Origin: Schmidtea polychroa
Lineage: Eukaryota
Direction of reading: 5' to 3'
Length of the DNA: 64,000 nucleotides
Assembly: GCA_044892525.1 (NCBI GenBank)
Contig: CM097885.1
Coordinates: forward strand, 35,342,001 to 35,406,000
How positions within the stretch are numbered: the stretch's first letter is position 1; each line of letters starts with the position of its first letter. Positions 54,044 through 64,000 of the stretch are shown piece by piece. The position numbers were made by a program, and so were the translations under genes. The notes beneath the pieces were generated by a model, which had not been told where the DNA came from, made no database searches, and worked only from the letters and a program-made list of their open reading frames with translations.

Positions 54044-54978
54044 ATACCTAAATGACAAAATATAAATAATTTACATGGGGGAAGATCGCCATGACAAAGG
54101 GAACTATGGGAACTCAGAAAAGAAAGCGGAAGCAAAAAGAAAAGAGAAATGAGGAAGAGGAGAGAAACAAAAGAAATCAAACATGAAAATAAAAACCAAG
54201 GTCAGTAATAATTAATTAGTACAAAAAGGAATAGGAATTTCGAAATTGGGAAAATAGGAAAAACAACAATACTCTTATCTCGACAGCTTGTCAGTGATAG
54301 CAGAATTGCTGGGAAAAGGCGGTTAAACAAAAAAGGAAAAGGGGGAAAAAAGCCGTCAGAGATAAAAATGGAACAGTCGTGAAAGGCAGGAGAAAGAAAG
54401 TGGAAAAACACTTGATTATCTTGAGTGCCAAAATTGAAGCAAACTATATAAAGAGAAACTAGCAAAGACAAAATTAGACAAAATTAGAGACAAAGAGTGA
54501 CGCAAATTGAGACAACGTGAGAGACAAATTGAGACAAATGTGAGACGAGAATAGAGAGAAAATTGGACAGAGTCGAACAAACGTTATTGGAAAACGATTT
54601 GTGAAGAATAATTGTTGGAGAAGATTTGAATAAAAGAATTAGTTAAAAAATAAAACGAAAAGAAGTTATTTGAGTATTTGAATACAGTTGTGAAGAAGAT
54701 CAAAGAAAACAACCAGCTCAAAGTCCCAGTTGGTAAACCAATCAGTAATTAGTGATCTTTTAATCCGGTGTTATACGCAAGTGCTATTCCTCACTGAGTG
54801 TTGTAATAACCATTGTATAGTCACCAAGCAGAGTGTTGAATTGATTGTGAGCGTAAAGAGAAAGTTTATTTGTGATTATCAATAAAGATTTCTGTTGTCA
54901 AGTGTTATTTGTGAATCGTTTGGACACGTTTGGAGTCAGAGTAACATTTAAATTTATCACCAACTTAATAATCCAACA
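54044..54978 (+). mobile_element. Solo LTR, homolog of 2528-3480
   Basis: Colinear reverse-complement match over ~930 bp; ends CCAACA; 5' boundary unclear. Confidence 0.75.
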
Positions 54979-56322
54979 CAATTCATGTAGGAATTCTACA
55001 CAGAAACTGAACCCTAATGTACTTTGAGGTGTTAAAGTACTTAACATTTCATATTGGATTTCTTTTATAAACATGTTATTCCCACAAATCATGCCCTATT
55101 AAATCTATGGGATGGGGGTCGAATCAATGCACGTTTCGATTCAATTTAAATGAAACAAGATGACATATCTAGTTAATGTACCTTATTCAGAAATTCCCAA
55201 CCCAAGGAGATCCGACGAAGGTTGTGAAGCCGGCCCTTTATCAGGAGGCCATTATCAAAGTACCCAATATGAGCCAGAAGAAACCCTAGTTACGGGTAGA
55301 GACCCATTAGCCAAATCGATTACCAGGTAACGGACCGAGTGGATTTTGTACAAGATCCACTCGTGGAACGACGGGTTCCACCAGGAGCGAGCGGACATAG
55401 CCAGCGGACGACGGACACCCAATGAGGAGGTCATCATAAGTCAAAGATATCCAGAACGGCATCATCGAGACCCCCGATAAAGATGCCCAGGTCCGCGTGG
55501 ACTCTACTTTACTCGCAGCCCTAAACTCATGGCAGGCTCGAGCTAGCGAAGAGCCAAGTAGCACGCTCCCGTCTCAGGAGCCCAGCCCGAGAAAACGCGG
55601 CCGACAGCGGAGTGCATGATAACCTGACTCATGATTGATGATGAACGATGAGAATTGCGGTGTGAGAAGTGACAGGGAGAGAGTATGAGGAATATTGTGG
55701 GACATCGGGAGCACAATCGGACGACAGGGACAGTGTAAACCGAACACATACCTTCTATGGGTAGTCCATGGGCCCTGTCAATTATAGTGCGAGTATCTCG
55801 CTCACTTTTTGCTGGCACTCACCCCCTTGATACAGTATCAACATTGATCACTCAATGGGTATCAAGCGGTGAAACAGACATTTTATTCTGGGTTACGCTG
55901 GAAAGAGCACGATAAGGTAAAATGTATTATTACCTGTAGCGCACCATATTATACGATTTATTCAGGGTTTTTATTGATTGGAAACAGGTGTATGCGTAAA
56001 ACTGAAATAATGACACCCATTATACAACTGAGTTTAGAAACTAAATAGAAATAAATCCACAATTTTTCTAACAAATCAGATAACCATGAAAATGAACGTG
56101 TTTAATCCTAAACTAATTAATGTTAATCAGTCATCTCGAAGGAAACAAGTACAAAAGTACAATATTAATTACTCATTACTATATGGCTAAAATTAAAAAA
56201 AAATAAAATTGAAATTGAAATTTTAATTAACACTTAATATAATCAATAAATATTAAAAAATACAATAAGTTAAACAATTTAAAATTTACAAAATATTAAA
56301 ATTTTTTTTAACCAAAGACAAA

Positions 56323-57090
56323 CTATAATAACATTTGTCGGGGGAAATTTGATCTACGATATCTCAAAAAGTTCTGTGAACCGACATCAAAACAATAAAA
56401 CTGAGAATGAAAAATATCATGAAATGCATTTTTAACAGTGTACCCGGTCATTGAAACATTTTCACATTTATCCTCAAAATGTTTGACCTCAGCCGAATTG
56501 CTACGACTGTATTTCTTGAATTTCGGATAGTACAAAATGACAATCAAACTGACGGACTGTAAAAATGACAACGTTATTACCATTACTGTCAAATAAACGG
56601 TTGCATTATGAAATTTCGCCATTTTGTCTGGCATTAAATATCGGTCAATGAAGGACAATTGGCTTGGGCTCATTTGACATGCTAATAAAAGAAAAAAGAA
56701 AGAATGTGAAAAGTTCAAAATAATAATGAGCCAATAATATATATAAATACACAAAACAAGGTTTGTGTGAAACTTCGGGCTACTGAATTGGGTCCGGCGG
56801 GAGTCTAAGTAAATAAAGAGGGGGCACAGGCATAAAACGATTCCATTAAAAAAAATATTTACAAAAAACAACTTAATGCAAAAATTCGCAATTATCCACA
56901 TAACTTCTAGAAACTGTTCATCGGCATTTGTTTGATAGCTATGTAATTTCCATTTATTTATGGTCACGTAACAGACTGATTCCATAATTAGGATCCAAAA
57001 CGTTGATATGAAAAAAATTCCAAACACAATCGAGATTGGAAAGGATTTGGCCTTTGAAATCTTGTCGGAGAACTCATTCAAAATCTTCAT
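56323..57090 (-). CDS. Intronless four-transmembrane protein, family unknown (255 aa)
   Basis: ATG-initiated 768-nt ORF with four long hydrophobic segments and a polar C-terminal tail. Confidence 0.7.
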   Translation of the reverse strand: MKILNEFSDKISKAKSFPISIVFGIFFISTFWILIMESVCYVTINKWKLHSYQTNADEQFLEVMWIIANFCIKLFFVNIFFNGIVLCLCPLFIYLDSRRTQFSSPKFHTNLVLCIYIYYWLIIILNFSHSFFFLLLACQMSPSQLSFIDRYLMPDKMAKFHNATVYLTVMVITLSFLQSVSLIVILYYPKFKKYSRSNSAEVKHFEDKCENVSMTGYTVKNAFHDIFHSQFYCFDVGSQNFLRYRRSNFPRQMLL

Positions 57091-57147
57091 GTTAGATCTT
57101 ATAATTAAATATTTTTATTGATGCAATTTATTCAATAATTTTCTATT

Positions 57148-57188
<41 letters not shown>

Positions 57189-57214
57189 TATTAAATATAT
57201 TATTATTAAATATG

Positions 57215-57292
57215 GCAAACGGAAAGCAATCAATCTAACGATCAATCAAAAATTAGAAATTATACAAAAGTTTGAGTCTGGCGTGAAATTGA
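57215..57292 (+). pseudogene. pogo/Tigger (CENP-B/psq HTH) N-terminal fragment
   Basis: KRKAINLTINQKLEIIQKFESGVK. Confidence 0.6.
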
Positions 57293-57837
57293 AGCTAACT
57301 TATTTTAAAGACTAATTCAATTTAAAATTCGTTTATGTAGGCCAACCTAATCGGGAGATACTAAATCATGGGACACTCAGATAACTCATAAGTTTTATAC
57401 AAAGTCGACAAAATAAACGAGGTAGACATGCAACCGAAGCTTCACGATTTGGACTACAAATTTACCAAATGCAAAACTTTAAAAAAACTTAAGCCCGCTT
57501 TATAATTAAATACAATCCACCAAAATGTCCGTGATAAGAGAGGAAGAATGGGTGCCAGTATGATAGGCAGAAGATATACTATGTCATTAAAGATCGACGA
57601 GAAACACCGTGCAGCGGACAAAGATATCTTAGTAGGAGATCGCCATTGTGGACGAGTCCTCGATATACCAAAGTTCCCCAACGGGACTGGATATAAACTA
57701 AGATCACGGAGTGAAACCAAGGCTACCGAATGGAAATAATGTAGTGGAAGACCATGTGACTCAGGTTGATACCGCAATGTTCACTAGAACTGTGTCGTTT
57801 GGAGTCTCATAATTACTAGATTTCGATGTTTAATATT

Positions 57838-58814
57838 TGTTGAGGTTTTAAAAGTAAATTATTAAATTATATAGTTCAGATTAAAAGGAAAACCGAAATT
57901 GAATGGCGGTCAAGCAGAGAAGCAAGGGCAAAGAAAGATATGATAAAAACAGAACTATAAAAGGGTACAATCAGACACGAAATTGGAAATGCGCAAACCT
58001 GAGGAAGTGCAATAAAGTGAAAAGTTATCGAAATTGAAGCTGGAAAACGGGAGAGGGGTAGAGTAGGGGATGGTGAAGAAGACAGTGAGCAATACATTGT
58101 TAGAAAATGTTTAGAAAGGGTCGTAAAACAGACAAATATGAAAAAACGCAAAATATTAATTAATTAATTAATTGGCTAATGGGAAACCCGAGCTAATGGG
58201 AAGCCCGAGCCAATGGAGAACCCGAGCGATGAAGAAAACCCGAGCGCGGCAATTTGGAAGGATAAACAAACGGGGAATTCAGAGGGCAATTATCCAAACA
58301 GCCGGATAAACGAGAGTAAACAAAAGAAGGGGAATTACGAAGAGGGTCAACAGAAATAGCTAATTAGGGAATGATAACTAGAGAAGTCAAAACTAATTAG
58401 GTCGAAAATGGGGCCATTACAACGATTATGAGAGTATATAAGGAAATCGGCGGTAGCCTTAGGTAAGGAAGAAGAAACGGACAATAGGAGTTCGGGGAAT
58501 AAAATGAAAGAAGAAAAAGAATTATAAGAGGAATTGAAGAGTGAGAAAAGGAGTACTAAAAGAGTTCGGATCAGAGAGCGGAATCAAATAAAAAGGTGAA
58601 ACTTATTTTTAAATCATACAATGTCGAGACCTTCCAGAGCGGAGTTTGATAGGAAATTGTGAGAAAATTGTGGTTAACTAAAAGTGAAGTAATTTATTGA
58701 GAATTGTAAATTTTCTATAAAACAAATATATGTTGGGAGTTGTGTTTATTAATTTTTGGAATACGTGTAGTCAGAGTAACCAACGGTTGATTTTTAGTAT
58801 CATAAAAGCCAACA
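57838..58814 (+). mobile_element. Intact solo LTR with 4-bp TSD TATT
   Basis: TGTTG...CAACA termini, TATT on both flanks; homolog of 41461-42279. Confidence 0.9.
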
Positions 58815-59333
58815 TATTAATTGGTTTAGTTACAATAAAAATTTTATTTTAGTTAGAAATTACTTGTTTGTGTTGGTATGACTGAGTAGCTCGTGGTTGT
58901 GATTGGGATCAATGGTATGATGAAAGTAGAAATATAGTTTGGAAAACTGAAAACATAACAAAAAAAATCACTGAACTGATGCTAAGTTTTCTTTTGGAGT
59001 TAAACCCGCTCCCGCGCTTAATACGAATACGTAATAACTTGATATTGATATGTATTTACATTTAATTTTAAGCTTAGGTTTATTGGAAGACTTATGGGCA
59101 GACCGGGAAGCTGCGCTGAAACAAGTGGAGGTTTTTCCTGGTCAGAATTGAAATACCGTATATACTGGAGTACAAGTCGGAAAATTTCAACTTTTTCTGG
59201 AAAAGATAATATTAATCCCACTTATACTTATGCTAAAAGTAATGAAAACATTATTTCTGAAATGTGGAATTTCGAATTCAATGAATTGGTTTGAAGACGA
59301 TGCACTCTACCAGGATCTTGATGAATGTGATAC

Positions 59334-61343
<2,010 letters not shown>

Positions 61344-62512
61344 ATTTCGAATTCAATGAATTGGTTTGAAGACGATGCACTCTACCAGGATCTTGATGAA
61401 TGTGATACTACTACAGAGAGTGAAGAAGAAGAAGATGAAGAAGACGAAAGTGACGACGAAAATTACACAGCCGATGTTGAAATTACAGAATAACAATATC
61501 AAGAACTATTCGGTGACTCTGACGATGAGCCCCTCGTTTTAATGGATTTTAGTATGTACTAGTTAGTTGTTACGTTACTCGAATTCTATCTTTTTACAAC
61601 TTTATGTGAACGATTATATAAGAAACTTTCCACTGTTTGTTGACTTTTAGTTAGATAAATTTAATTATTTTATAACCAACATTGTTTTTAGTAGTAAATA
61701 TTTTGAATTAAATAACTAATAATATATAAAAGAAATGCTGTTACTGGTTGTCTTTTTAACCTCCGACTTATACTCAAGCCGAAAACTTGGAAAGCTAAAA
61801 ATTAATTAAAATCGACTTCCGACTTATACTCAAACGACCTTATAGTCAAGTATATACGGTACTCAAGAATTGGAAGGAACTTGGTTCAGCCCCGATGCCA
61901 TGAAAAGTTGGCTCCAGCAAATCGAAGCACTACAGAACCATCTGGAGTCCCAGAAGCTCCAGCTTAAAGAACAAGGGACGCGAGACCCCCAAGCGTTCAT
62001 TGACCAGCATCTGATAGAACAAGTACTCAATGACGCCATACCTTGAATAACAGACCCAGAATCTCAGCTCGCTACCACAACATTCCAAATTTAAACCAAG
62101 CGAAATAATAAACCCGGAAAAGCTGAACGCGCCAGACGGCGGGAGCTCAAGAACGAAAGGGCAAGGCTAGTAAGCTGAACCACACCTCCGACAGCTAATT
62201 ATATGTTATATTTGAATAAAAAAGTTATATTTGAAAAAACAGTTCTAATAATGATTGTGTGATTTCAGAGGAAACGCGATTAGAATCAGAACACTTGCGG
62301 GAGACATGGCAACATTTGCTGGAGGTCCATGCTACAGCGATAGAAGCCCGAGCTATCTTGACAAGGACCCGTGTAGTTTCGAGATAGTGAGATAGAAATC
62401 CCGGTTCAGAATTAAAAATTTACCCTTGGAGGAAAATTTTTAATTCTGTTAAATTTAACAATTAAAATTTAATTAAAAAAAGTTAAATAAAAAAAATAGT
62501 ATATTATTAAGC

Positions 62513-62833
62513 AGATAGATAGGGGACCGCTGGATCACATATCCCGATCAGGGGAAATTTTTTAAAAAATTCTTTTCAAGGTCAAATATGTAGGTCAAGA
62601 TCAAATATTATAAGTTAAAGGTTAAATTTCTTAAAATTTGAAATTCTAGAGTTCCCGTCAAGGGATATTATTATTTGATAACTCGTTTTAAGTCTTTGAA
62701 CGGGTTATAACACACAGGGATTATTATTATTAAGATATGTATATATACTCCGAGTTTATCCGACAAGATATTTTGTACCCCTGTGGGTATTAGTCTTAAG
62801 GGCACTGATCACTCTTAACATGTCGCAAAGGTA

Positions 62834-62925
<92 letters not shown>
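62513..62925. mobile_element. Polinton-type left terminus remnant
   Basis: Starts AGATAGATAGGGGACCGC..GATCACATATCCC..GGAAATTTT, similar to the reverse complement of the 47781 end. Carries the subterminal hairpin motif (62742-62830) and an ATT tract. Confidence 0.55.
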
Positions 62926-62926
<1 letters not shown>

Positions 62927-63524
62927 GTGATGATTTCTTGGTAGCAGCATTTACTATTTAAAACAATAAAGTGATAATTTAAGCCTTTTGCTGCGAATAA
63001 TGTATTTAATGAAAAAATTTTCGACTATAAGATAGTCCTTGACAAAAAATGAATATTTCAGTATTCATTTACTGAAATATTCATAAAACTTAATTTCTGC
63101 ATCAATTTCATGATTATTTTCAAAATTTTCATAATTTTCAATATTTTCATAATTTTTCATATTTTTATTAGAAGCTGCTAACACATCTGCTAAATTATTT
63201 TTTAAATCCGGTTCAAAAGTTAATGCCATAATTCCAAGTATTTATTTAATGAAATATTGTATAATTTCAAAACAAATTTTCAGCGTTGAATAAAATATTT
63301 TAAAAACCATTTATTAAAATTTCGATATTTAAAATATATTTATTTAAAAATAAACTAATAAAAAGCTTGTTTAACTTTTTAATTTTTTAATTTAAAAAAT
63401 TCAATTTAAAAAATTCAATTTAAAAATGTTTTTAAAAGTTATTTCAAATAGACAATTATTGATCATTTAAAATTATTTTAATAAATCATTGAAATATTTA
63501 ATTCTCAGCTGAAAACACCTCACA

Positions 63525-64000
63525 TCCCCCTTCTTTATGAAATTTATTTATCTTTTCAACATATCTTTGAGCCATTTTCCCAATTTGGTCTTGTAGCAGA
63601 TATCGGCGATCATGAATCTTCTGCATTATTCTGTATGACCCTTGGTATCTTTTCTTGTCTTTCGTTCTTGACTCGACTTTTACCAGAACCTCATCTCCAA
63701 TATTGAATGATCTTTTTGTTTGCGTTGTTCCTTGTGTGTCTTCATTTTGTGAAATCGGCGCTTTACTATGACGTTGTCCTCGAACTATTTTTCTTCCAAA
63801 TATTACTTCTGCGGGACTTCATCCAATTGATTTCTGAAATGTTGCATTCATGGTAAATTCAATCTCTGGTATGATCTCTGCCCAATCTGCTCTACATTTT
63901 TCTTTTAATGATGCATTTAAATAGTCTCTTATTGACCTGAATTGACGTTCTATCACACCATTTGTATTATGGTGGTATGGACTTCAAAAGCGTAGTGTAA
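63525..64000 (-). mobile_element. Gypsy integrase C-terminus and PPT; 3' LTR starts at 63524 and runs leftward
   Basis: PYHHNTNGVIERQFR, DWAEIIPEIEFTMNAT, YQGSY, KEGGC; element continues beyond the window. Confidence 0.88.

Overview
Very AT-rich eukaryotic DNA with short GT-AG introns and long (AAT)n tracts, most consistent with a planarian such as Schmidtea (inferred from composition, repeat types and gene content). Host genes: an NZF/RanBP2 zinc-finger repeat protein (345-1739, -), an intronless class A GPCR (8869-10140, +), a complete 4-exon secreted Frizzled-related protein gene assembled by hand (26292-11765, -, 13.3-kb first intron), two intronless orphan ORFs (38213-39136 +, 56323-57090 -) and a chimeric proteasome alpha-1 fragment. 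The rest is mostly mobile DNA. This includes a decayed Polinton/Maverick (adintovirus-like) element with capsid, penton, integrase, HNH nuclease, PLA2-like and PolB remnants whose inverted ends carry tRNA-like Pol III units, and two further Polinton-type termini, one packed with AP-1 sites. There are also five Gypsy pol remnants, five related solo LTRs, hAT/piggyBac/Mutator MITEs with recognisable TSDs, mariner/pogo fragments, and an R2/NeSL-like REL retrotransposon nested in a pogo element with a 65-bp target duplication. All family assignments are by motif recognition; no database searches were run.
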